Part shown: positions 10,307-21,325 of the stretch, piece by piece
Numbering within the stretch: position 1 is the first letter of the stretch
How the letters are laid out: the number at the start of each line of letters is the position of its first letter
Origin: Podarcis liolepis
Lineage: Eukaryota
Length of the DNA stretch: 64,000 bases
NCBI GenBank assembly: GCA_965112155.1
Contig: OZ218099.1
Reading direction: 5' to 3' (one strand)
Notes under the pieces: model-generated
Told to the model about the DNA's origin: nothing
The model's input: the letters and a program-made list of their open reading frames with translations, nothing else
The model's database searches: none
Position numbers and translations under genes: made by a program

Positions 10307-11338
10307 AGGTAAAAGTAAAGGTAAAGGGACCCCTGACCGTTAGGTCCAGTCCATAGCTGTCAACTTACAGATTTGAAAATAAGGGACCAGCAGCCTCGAA
10401 AATAAGGGCTCAGCAGCCAAAATAAGGGATTTTAGACAAGCAGCTGAAATGCGAAGTTAAAAGGGACCAGATAATTTGGGAGAGCAGCGTCGGTTTTTAG
10501 CCCTTCGTTTCCAGAGGTTGCTGCTCAAGACACCAGCTGATGAAACACTGCAATTAAATAACTACAAGCAGCAACCACTTTTCGCGCAAAACGAAGTCCA
10601 AGCTACGAAGATGCTGCTGCAGTTCTGTATCTTTTCTCTCGTGCTCCATCTGCAGCTCTCAGTTCCATCAGATGGGGCAGGAGGAAGCAGGGGAGAATAG
10701 CGCCTGAAGTAAACCCGCAGATCAGACCATCTATGCTAGGCTACCACTACAAATCTATGGGAGAAGTGCTTGCGGTCCTTCCTCCGCTTTCCCCCCTCTA
10801 TGGTTAGCCCTTGGAACACCTGCCTGTGCCTGTGCCTCCTCCTCCTCTCTCTGAACTGCTTTCTCTATGGTTGCCCTCGCTCTCCTCTCAAGGCTCCTCA
10901 GCAGTTCATAGGCCGGCAGGGTGGGAGGGAGGGAGGGAGAGGAGCTGCTTCCTTTGAAACCCAGGAAATTTAAGGGACATCATCAATAAGGGACAGCAGC
11001 GGGACACGGCGCTGGGATAAGGGAGTTTCCCGCCAAATAATGGATGGTTGACAGCTATGGTCCAGTCGCGGATGACTCTGGGGTTGCGGCACTTATCTCG
11101 CTTTACTGGCCGAGGTCATGTGGCCAGCATGACTAAGCCGCTTCTGGCGAACCAGAGCAGCGCACGGAAACACTGTTTACTTTCCCACTGGAGTGGTACC
11201 TATTTATCTACTTGCACTTTGACGTGTTTTCGAACTGCTAAGTTGGCAGGAGCTGGGACCGAGCAACAGGAGCTCACCCCGTCACAGGGATTCGAACCGC
11301 CGACCTTCTGATCGGCAAGCCCTAGGCTCTGTGGTTTA
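10307..11338 (-). mobile_element. Sauria SINE split by a nested DNA transposon
   Basis: Tail portion 10307-10351 and body 11060-11338 rejoin into a sequence collinear with the 8754-9096 copy, apart from a small internal deletion and a missing 5' tip. Confidence 0.9.
10352..11059. mobile_element. Non-autonomous hAT element, 708 bp, nested in a Sauria SINE
   Basis: Perfect 13-bp TIRs CATAGCTGTCAAC / GTTGACAGCTATG; perfect 8-bp TSD GTCCAGTC; repeated subterminal ATAAGGG motifs. Confidence 0.93.
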
Positions 11339-12479
11339 GGGAGACAGAGTGGCAATCTTGCTACATGAGAAGAAATCCACTTGCGAATTGTTGAGTGTCA
11401 CCCAATGATTCATACACATTTTGATCATCTTGTCCATTAATACCAATGAGCTTATTCTGTACTGTCAGTGAGAATGCTTTGTGAATGTTGTTAGTTTTCA
11501 TTGAGAATGTTCTACAAGCAGGGGTGGCTAATTAATGAAGAATAATTGTACTATCCACCCAGAAGTAGGAAGAATTAGCAGAAGAGGCTTAACTCGAAAT
11601 AACTGTAGTATTGATGCTTACCGTGGTGTTTTTTTAAGGGAAACTGTAGTTCAAGGCCATTTTTCAGTGGAGGGAATTGGTTGTATATGCAGAGAGTTTT
11701 GCGATGCAGTTGTTACTGTTATTAGCTGTTGATTAGCTGAATTTATGCCAAAGAAGAATAAGGGTAAAAGGGCATTGAATGTCAGTGCTTCAAAATTGTT
11801 TTTGCTTTGTCAGTGTGAATTTGGGCTGATGGTGATTATCATTACCTTCAAGGTGATTTCATCAATGGCAGAAAAGAGAAAAACTTTTCAGTTTTCATGT
11901 TATATTAAATATGCCGTAGGGCTGCATTTTCAAAAGAGCTTAGAATTCATAATTCAGGCTGCAATAGGAGAGGGGGGTGGGAAATTCCAACTCAGCTTCT
12001 TCTTAACCAGGTGTGCTAAGCTGCATGGAAAATCTGGAAAGTAGCACAGCTGGGTTTTCTGGCATACAAATAAGCTGTTTCACTATACCTAAATAGAAGC
12101 TGGACCCTTAAAAAAATTTGTCTCTTAAATTCTCACATTTTCTCACTCCACTTTGTCAACTTCATATGTTTGTGAAACCCACAAAAGGTGAACATATTTT
12201 ATATTTCATCCTGTGTTTAGAGTTGTTCACCAGAATAACTTAGAAAGATGCACTGAAGGCCCCTGTACACAGTTTAGTATTTAAAGTCTGTTGCTTTCAG
12301 TGGACATTGGGCGTGTCTGGATTTTGCCTAAAGGCACTGGGGATGAACTTAGCGAACTGTAACCAAACTGAAAAGCTGTAGGGCAAATGAATGTGCTGGC
12401 ACGTGAAGGCTGCATTACAGTGATTTGATGGAAATGTGTTTAAAACTTCTCCCACGAAATAACTCACCTCATTTTCAGA

Positions 12480-12594
12480 GAGGGTACATCTGACGCTCAG
12501 ATGTTGTTGGACTCACAACTCCCAGCAGTTCAAGACAGCATGTCAAAATGGACAGGGGTGATGGGAATTGTAGTCCTAAACATCTGAAAGGCAC
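12480..12594. mobile_element. Short old MITE-like repeat (related copies near 2370-2503, 42983-43107, 44455-44550 and 50038-50176)
   Basis: Recurring CAGATGTTGTTGGACT..CAACTCCCA...GATGGGAATTGTAGTCC..AACATCTG inverted structure. Confidence 0.55.
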
Positions 12595-12596
12595 TA

Positions 12597-12822
12597 CAGT
12601 GGTACCTCTGGATGTGAACAGGATCTGTTCCGGAGCCCCATTTGCATCCTGAGCAGAACGCAACCCGTGCGTGTGCGGGTTGCAATTTGCCGCTTCTGCG
12701 CATGTGCATGATGTAATTTTGAGCGTCTGCGCATGCGCGAGTGACGAAACCCGGAAGTAACCCGTTCAGGACGCAACCTGAAAAGATTTAACCCTAAGCA
12801 ACTTTAACCCGAGGTATGACTG
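12597..12822. mobile_element. Tc1/mariner (Tigger-like) MITE, family A
   Basis: TA|CAGTGGTACCTC ... GAGGTATGACTG|TA; related copy at 46356-46574. Confidence 0.85.
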
Positions 12823-12825
12823 TAT

Positions 12826-13093
12826 AGGCTTATCCACACTTCCATTTGGTTCATGACTCCTAGGCTGAGAGGTTTTTCTTTTGTCACATGGGAAAACCTG
12901 CTGCTTACTTCTGAATTGGAGCAAACATCTATCGGGTTTTTCTGCAGATAGACATTTGTTCCAATTCAGCGGTAAACAGAGGGTTTTCCCGGGGAAAGTG
13001 GTAGGTTGAAAGAAAAACCTCTTAGACCTGTGCTTAGAAGTTGCAGACCAAAGGGAATAAATCTGTGGGACAAAGGGAAGTGTGGGTGAGCCC
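12826..13093. mobile_element. PIF/Harbinger-like MITE
   Basis: TIRs AGGCTTATCCACACTTCC / GGAAGTGTGGGTGAGCCC with 3-bp TAT on both sides. Confidence 0.6.
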
Positions 13094-15069
13094 TATGTTG
13101 GGGAGGGCAGACCTTGTTGTGTACGTGGTTCTATATAGGGACATGATCTAGTGAGCTGGAGCTTGCATGTTGAGCCCCTTAAAATCTCAGCAGATTTTCT
13201 CTCATCTTAAGAGTTTAAATCCAAGGACCTCTTGAAAGCTAGTGTGGCTCTTTGTTCCCTGGCACACCTGTCACCTTGCACTATCACTTGGTTTTATTTT
13301 CCTTGCTTAAATTCTATTTAATAACTAGGAGAAGAAATGTAAGTGAACCATCCCAACACCTTCTTTTTCTTAATTGCCAAAGGAGTCAACCAGAGCACTG
13401 GCAGAAGGATAAACCATGTTGCTGATTAAGGTGGGGTTTACTGCTGCCGCTGTGACTCAGGTGTGCCCTGTGCAGCAGTGCTTGATGACAGATTTCCCAT
13501 TCATTTCAGTGCCAACAGAGCATTTATGAGTAATGTAGAATGAAGTCCTTAGTTTTGGAATCTGCTGTATTTCTACTTTTGTAGGGAACATGAAAGAGAT
13601 ACTATTCAATTATGCTTGCCTCTTTTTCTTAAAAAAGAAAATCAAAGCATTTCCCACTGTAAACTAAGGCCTCTGTTCACCTTCTGACGCAGTAAGACTT
13701 TCTGTTTCCAATTAGCAGATAAGACCCAGGAAAGGTGTGCCACAGTGATGGTTAAAACTCCAGGCTTCTTTTCATGCAAAACTACCAGGCCACATTGTGT
13801 CAAGGAAATTCCTCGAAGGTGGTCTGATAAAAGATAGCACCTTATCTATTTTGGATTTTGATTTAAGGAAATTGCTTAACTTTAGCAGCGAGAGTCAACA
13901 GAGTGACCCTTAAAAGATATGTCATTAGGGGCAGCTGTAAAAATTAAGATTTTGCTTTGAACAATTGTATAGGAAATAATGTGCCTATTGTAATATAATC
14001 ATCACACAGTTTTGGATTTTATGATTTATTCCTAAGGTGTCTAAAACGTACTAGGGTGCTGTAAGACTAAAACAGAAGACAGCCCCTGCCGCAGGCAAAC
14101 AATCTAAATTACAGACACAGCATGGTACAGGGAGCAGGAAGGGATTTGAGGGTGCTTGAGGCTGAGATTTAATTGAAGTGTGAAACAAATCTCTGGATTT
14201 GAAACTTTCCTCTCACATTATCCTTATTAATTGCAAAGTCCCCTTCCAAATGTGTAGAATGTCTGTTCTTGTCAAGAGGTAGCTTGCAAATGCATACATA
14301 GATGTGGATCAGTTCAGTTTTCTCATGGCTTGGTGTGCCTGGCAATGCATCTTGCGCTCTTTGGTCAAGAGAAAGTAAATGTAGTTCCAATCTGAGCAGC
14401 ATTTTCTCAGCTTCAGCCAAGTGTGTTTCCTCACTCTTCAAAATTTTGTGTTTCCTATGGTCAGGCAGTAGAATCCTCTTCCCAATGCATGATGATTAGA
14501 TTCACAAAGCCCTCATGGCTTGTCATCCAAACCTCTCTCTGCACTATACTAAATGGCTTGTCATGCTACAGTAATCAAGCAACTTTCTTGAATGTGAGTC
14601 ATATGTACATTTGCATTCTCCACCCCTGCAGAAAATAAAACTTTGCAAACCTGTACACACATGTGCATACTTGTCCCTTTGAAATCAGTGGAGTTTAAAG
14701 CCCATCTAACTTCATACTCGATTGTACCTATTGCTAGAGAATGACCATAATCTGCCAAATGATGGTTTTCTTCAATTAAACTTCTGGTTCTTGCTTTTAT
14801 GCTGTTCCCACTCTGTGACTATCACCCTTTCTTTTCTCCCCTTCCCTATTTGTAAATTTATATCAGTTATGCTTCCTCTTTCTGCCCCACTTTGCTTGGA
14901 ATAGCATCTCTGTCAATTCAACTTCCTCTCCTCTGTTTTACATGCAGTTTAAAACAAATGTAGTTTAAAACAAACTGGGAGATGGCTTAAATGTGAGTGG
15001 AGGAAAATTCCAGACAAATGCAACCGAACACTAGTGAGGGCTCATGATCAAGTCTACCTAACGGCAGTG

Positions 15070-15370
15070 GAGGCAGCAAAGAAGGCAACATGAGAACGGG
15101 CCTTTTCCATGGTGGCTCCTCATTTGTGGAATACTCTCCCCAGTGTAGCTTTCCTGGTACCTTCATTACATAACTTTAGGCACCAGGCAAAAACGTATCT
15201 CTATAACCAGTCCTTTGATTAACATTCTGTGGCCTATAAATGTGTTGTGGGAGGGCGGTTATTGGCTTCTTTTTGTTTTATCCTGTATTTTATGTCCTCT
15301 TTTTGTATTTTTCTCTGTGAACTGCCCTGTGATTTTTGGATGAATGGTGGCATACACATTTAATAAATAG
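15070..15370 (+). mobile_element. Old L2 LINE 3' end
   Basis: Encodes an RAFSMVAPHLWNTLP-like motif, followed by a 3' UTR ending in TAATAAAT. Confidence 0.7.
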
Positions 15371-15386
15371 TAATAGTAGTTATTGT

Positions 15387-15525
15387 CAGTGCTTTTTTTT
15401 TCTAGGAAAAAATGGTGCTGGTACTCAATGTGAAGTTGTTACAGTAAGTGCCACACTTTTTAACAACAAAAAGAGAGGAACCGGTACTGCATACCCTTGA
15501 TTACCCTCTGGGCAAAAAAGCACTG
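15387..15525. mobile_element. Small hAT MITE
   Basis: TIRs CAGTGCTTTTTT / AAAAAAGCACTG; 8-bp TSD GTTATTGT / GTTCTTGT. Confidence 0.8.
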
Positions 15526-18199
15526 GTTCTTGTATAATGTAACTTCCTTTGGTGCCACAAAGGCACTGCACATTTCCAGCCCCATCTCCCATTGTTCTTG
15601 TAGATGTTTCCTCAAAGCCCACTACTTTGGCAAAGCTTTTCCAGGACCCCTGACCCATTCCTCTTCAGTGCTGTCTCTTCAACAGTTAACTGTCATTGGT
15701 TTTTATTGCTCCTTTGGTTGACAGTATGATCTGGGTTTCTCAGGTTTAGTTTTCAGCTCCCTGGTGGCCTTAGAATAAGCCATAGGCTCTCACTCGTAGC
15801 CCTTGTGCCATCTTTTAAATATGGGGATAATAATAGAGGCTTCTGCTCAGTTGTTATGCTTATATCATTTTAATATGTTCTGTAAACCTTTTTGACATTT
15901 GATAATAGAAGGCAGTAGTAAATAAACCTTTTAAATAAAGTACCAGATACATTAACAAGAAACGAAAAGAACCTGCCTCGTTTTATGTCAGTTTGTAGAC
16001 AGTAAGAATTGCCTCCCAGTTGACCAGGCAGTGAATTTTCTGTAAATTGTGTTATCTCCCCTCCCGCTTTTAATGTTATGTGAGTATTATGAAGTTACAT
16101 GAGTTTTACGATGTTATGAGTATTCTGATGCTATGTGGATATTATGTAAATGTTATGTGAGTCCAGATAGACCAGTAAAGCATTTCATGAGCAAGTAGTT
16201 CTGGACTTAATTTGGAAGGTCGTTTGTGTTATTTTTCATGTTTACATAGTATTTTTAATTAAAATGATTAAAGCACAAAAACTAAAGTGACAGTTGACTA
16301 CTTGTGCTGTCATGGTGAGGAAGTTTTAAATTTGAGATTTTTTTGCTGCCATGCTTGTAGAGCTCAATTATGCGTTCCTGTCTAGGAGGTCATTCACGCT
16401 GGATTTCCTGTTAGCTGATCTACGTATTCATATTTTCAGATTACATTGCTAGTGTATTTCTACTTCTAATTTTCAGCAGATTTAAGAAACTTCCATAGTG
16501 CAAAAAATAAAAGGAAAGAGAGGATCACTCTAAAATAGGAAAGGGGGTGTTAAAATGCAGGGTTCCTTGTTGCAGGGAGGGAAGAAAGCACACGGTCATG
16601 CACATTTCTCGGGAACAAAACAAATGGGTATTCACAGCTGGCTTGATAAATGTTGGACTGTTCTGGACAAAGGATTAGCGTTGTCATTCTCTACAGGATG
16701 CAGAAGAAAAGCAGCAACGTGAATCTCTTCACTAGTGCTGTTCCTCTGGGTTATTGTTGTTTTTGTATGCCTGCAATCAAATTGTAGCAAGTGTATATGC
16801 ACACTTTGAATTGTGGGCTTCAAAGGATCCCGTGAGCCTTCACCTTTGGCTTCAATTCCTGGGGCTGCAAGGTTAGCAAATCAATGCTTCAGTGACATCT
16901 CTGCAGCAGAGTGACAGCTATGCCGAGAAGGGTGGGTGAATGGGACGGACTGTCTGTCGTCAGATTGGCTGCAGAAGAGCACTTCCCAAGGATATGGTTT
17001 CACAAGATGGTGGGGTAACATTTACTGTCACTCCTGGTTCTCAGACTTAGTCACCTGTGTTCCCTAGCACCGTATGCATTGCCCTGCTTGCTTCTTGCCT
17101 CTTCTTGTCCTAACAGGAAGCCGCTTCCAGGCTGCAATGTGAAAAGCACTGGTTCCCTTTTCAGAATCTCATTCCTTTGGGTTTGCTGGTGCAGGTTGAG
17201 TCCTTGTTTACACTAGCACCCCTTACTGGCTGAAGTTGAAAATACTGCTTTAGGCATGCAATATTGCCATGTTTGCAGAATCCGGCTCCCCATCTGATCT
17301 ACCATAGCAGAAGGAAATTTATCCTTTCATCAGGTTGTCAGCAGCTGGGTAGATTTGCCCATCGCTTTAGACTGTAAATATCAGGATTTAAGTAGTCTTT
17401 ATTAAGAAGTAGAGAAAAGATCAATAAGAAAAGTATGCTATAGTTTTTGTTGAGCAGTGGTGCTTATAAAATATAAATAGAGGTTTCAAACAGGGTGCAA
17501 GGAAAGTGACATTTGTGAATGGTTATTATTTTCCACCTATTTGTTTAATTCAATTGGTTTTCTGCGCCCAAACATTCACAAAGTGACATACAGAGAAAAA
17601 TGAAAAACAATAGAACATCAGGCAAAATATGAAACATTGTGTGGATAAAAATTAGACAGAGATGCTAAATTAGAAGGAAGGACCACAGTGAAGCAGCAAC
17701 AGCTGCTGTGGCCTTTACAACTTTCTAGAATGGAAGGGGCCAAATGAAGATTAACTAGAAGAGAACTCAACAGCTCTGGAGCCACCACCAAGAAGACCCT
17801 GTAATGAGAAATGAAGGGCAATGTAAAACTATTAACAGTGGGGTGTTCCTGCTAGTGACTCAATTCAGGGCTCTTCATTAAAAGCATCAGTCAATCCCAG
17901 GGTCTTTCATTCCTTTCATCTTGTTAATTGCTAACTCTTTTTATTTATAGAACCTTTAAATGTGCACAACCATTATTATGCTGCTGTTGAACAATCCTAT
18001 ATAAAAATTTCAGCAACATGGCATTGAAGAAACAAGTGCGCATGTGGTGGTTTGTATGGTAAAGTCTCAGAAAGCAGAATCTGCGATAGGCTTCCAGCAA
18101 TCATGGTGAAAGACTCGTCTATGTCCACCTCTTTGTTCTCCCAACCTATGAACCCCTAAACCCTTCCTTTCTGCCTCTTTCTGGTGGTAGTTTCTAGTA

Positions 18200-18413
18200 C
18201 AGTGGTACCTCGGGTTACAAACATTTTGGGTTACAGACTCCGCTAACCCGGAAGTAGTACCTCAGGTTAAGAACTTTACCTCAGGATGGGAACAGAAATC
18301 ATGCGGCGGCAGCGGGAGGCTCTATTAGCTAAAGTGGTACCTCAGGTTAAGAACGATTTCAGGTTAAGAATGGACTCCAGAACAAATTAAGTTCGTAACC
18401 AGAGGTACCACTG
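18200..18413. mobile_element. Tc1/mariner (Tigger-like) MITE, family B
   Basis: TA|CAGTGGTACCTC ... GAGGTACCACTG|TA; internal CAGGTTAAGAAC repeats; closely related copies at 35458 and 43986. Confidence 0.9.
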
Positions 18414-19546
18414 TATAGCATTCCCAGTCATCAAAATATTCCAAGATCAATATGTGCATTAGGGGCAGGGCTGTAGTGTTTGGAAAATGATGCACATTCA
18501 TTCAGAAGATTTTGTTCCTGGAAGAAATTGGAGCACTGTGTATCATTTTGCCTGATGCATATACTATACATACATATAAATCGATTGTGTGTTTTCTTTA
18601 AATACAATGTTCTTAACTGCATATTACTACTTCTGCATGGCTCCCTTTAGGGAATGGATCTAGCTTTTTACAACTGTTATTTGGATAACCAGGCCTTTAT
18701 TTTGTAAAAATTAAGAATAGCATTTATAGTGGTGCGAACAGGCTCTTCTCAAGGATCTTTGTGGCTTGTATTAGGCAACTTTTTCAAATAACCAACCTCT
18801 GTTCATTTACCTTTTCTTTTTGCTCTCCCCTCTCCCCCCGCCTTGCTGAAAAGGAGAGCCCATAGCAAGCCCTGTCTTCTTATCACCTTTCTCAAATGCA
18901 GGCGGATCAATAAGTAGGTCAATGCCATTGATTTATTTTTTTTAAATACACCATAATTTCAGCCACCCCCCAAAGAAGTTGGTCTACATCACTAGGCAAT
19001 TGTGTTATCTTCTGTATGCTTATTCCCCAATATACATTTTTTTCTTACACTCTTTGGACAACAGGGACTGTTTTATGATAGTAGCTTATAATAATACTTT
19101 TCAGCCACTAGACTACTTATTTAGACATACTTTAGTGGAATCATTTCCCTTAACGGTTAACCCATATTGTACATTCTTACAAAGCACAACTGGTTTGCAC
19201 TGGATAAAAACATCACTATTCAGTGTAGATGAAAAAGACAAAGGCCTGCTTCTTATACACCCCACTTTTTGTACTGCATGAAATACATGTTCAGGCATGG
19301 ATTTGAAATAAGAAATGTCGAGTGTAATCTGCCCTGAATTACAGGACCTGCCATATGTGTAGCTCTGCACCTTCAGACTACAGTGTTGTGATCACTGTAC
19401 AGGCCTCATGATGCCTCATATGTCTGCTTTCAAGCTCCATCTTTCTTCTTCTATAAGATGCAAGACCAGCATGCAGAGGTTTGAGAGCCTAACTGTGGTG
19501 CTGGCTTCTAGGAATTTTAAATAAATGTCCATATCTCATACAGGTA

Positions 19547-19548
<2 letters not shown>

Positions 19549-19578
<30 letters not shown>
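19549..19578. repeat. (GT)n microsatellite
   Basis: Seen directly. Confidence 0.95.
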
Positions 19579-19581
<3 letters not shown>

Positions 19582-20776
19582 AAATTGCTACTAAACTCAA
19601 AGTTGCCAACAAGCATGGATCTACCTATAACATCCATACGCATTTCCTTTCACTTCTGCCTCTCTGGCTTTGTTACTGATTATGAATGAGCACATTGTTG
19701 ACTGTTTGTCATTGAGGCCTAATAAAGGAACAGTTCTGCCAGTTTTGCCCCCCCCCCAAAAAAACCCCCCATTGTCAGCCATTTTGTTTATGAGATGCCT
19801 TTCCATGTACTAAAGGGGAGATGCAGCTAAAAACTAATGGCAGTTAAACCTTCAGCAGCAGCTCATAAAACCCCCCAACAAAACTACTGCTACCGCGTTG
19901 CCTATCTAGAAGATCCCGCCAGCAGAAACTGCAGATCCAACAGGATTATTCTAAAGGGAATTCTAAATACAGCCACCTAACATCTGCCAGGCTTAGCCGA
20001 CTCCTGTTTGCTTTGTCAGGGAGCAGTACAGCAGTGCTTGATTTACTGTAAATACTATGCAGCCTGCCTCCTCCCCTAATCTCAAAATCTTGCTTGGCTG
20101 CTTTTTGTTATAGAAGGCCCAAAGAGCCAGCCATCAGCGAGTCTCATTCCCGTCCAGGTGTGTTAGCTGCCAGTGAAAATGAATGGCCTTGCTTCCAGGC
20201 CGGAATAGGAGAAAAACAAATCGCTTCTTGGAAGTGAGATGTTTAATTGGGCTTAGAACTTTGAAGAAACTGTTGAGGAAGCATGCAGCTTTTGAATGTG
20301 CTGCTTTCTGTAAAGGAAGAGCAACTCACGTGGGGGTTGAGGCAAAATGTCTTACTTCCTCTATCCTTGATTTGAACTTGTAGTTTTCCACACCACTGAG
20401 ACATGCGGAATATAGGGAAGCTCCGGCCGGTGGGGGAGAAACCAGCATCTTTCTGTTATCCTGGCATAATAAATGCTTGCATGATTTTCACACAAGGGTG
20501 TGCACATTCTCTCCTCCCCACTCCCTTGGAGGTTATCCTTGCACTGAGAAACATCAGGCGAAAAGCAGCCTCCCAAATCCTCATGTTGAAAGGGATGCGA
20601 AAGTTGAGCACAACTTTTGTCTGCTACCAGGAAGCAGAATCCTTCACGTGTGGCTCCTTGCTTCACATGTCAGCTCCTTGCATAACCTGACTGTGTGACT
20701 CTACTAACCTTAATCACAACGGCAACAGATCAACACCTCCTCCTACCCAGGGCTGGCCCACCCATGAGGCAATATG

Positions 20777-21175
20777 TTCGTTTGTTGGTATGCCTCTGTG
20801 TCTCCCATCTCTATCAGCAGAGTTTATTGTATTTAATCGTAACTCTGTAAAAGCTTTCCGAAGTTGTGCAAAAGCCAATTCATTAAAATAAGATGTATGT
20901 TCATTGGCCTCTCTAAGTATAAAATATAATGGGGCGCATGTAGATGTGTACATAGAGTTTAGATCGTTTTTAGTTGCCACTGCCCTTATGGTTCGTTTAA
21001 AGATATTTTTCTGGGAATATAAGGGAAGTTCTTTGATCTCAGTCACTGAGAGGTCATATCTGCCCATCAGTTGGGCAGCGTGATGTATTAATCCAGTATA
21101 TTTTCTTTTAATTGTTGAATGATTCTGTGTACATTGTGGTAGCCTTTGGCTATGTGCAATAAAACTGACTGACTG
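20777..21175. mobile_element. Truncated LINE (RTE-X/L2-like) with a 5' inversion
   Basis: 13-bp TSD ATGAGGCAATATG (20764-20776, 21176-21188); plus-strand AATAAA + (CTGA)n tail; minus-strand ORF2-like C-terminus LRKAFTELRLNTINSADRDGRHRGIPTNE. Confidence 0.8.
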
Positions 21176-21204
21176 ATGAGGCAATATGAGGTGACTGTCT
21201 CAGG

Positions 21205-21325
21205 CAGGGGTGTCCAAACTTTTTTCAAAGAGGGCCAGATTTGATGAAGTGAAGGGCCGCGAGGGCCGACCAAAGTTGTTGAGCTTTTCTTAGAATTTTA
21301 CCACAGGAAATAAATTGCCACAGCC
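21205..21325. mobile_element. hAT (Charlie-like) terminal fragment
   Basis: CAGGGGTGTCCAAACTTTTTTCAAAGAGGGCCAGATTTG terminus; no matching right end found. Confidence 0.55.

Noticed and set aside
16900-17000. ATGCCGAGAAGGGTGG|GTGAAT as an alternative first coding exon
   Set aside because: Phase would fit exon 3, but there is no CpG island or promoter evidence and the donor is mediocre.
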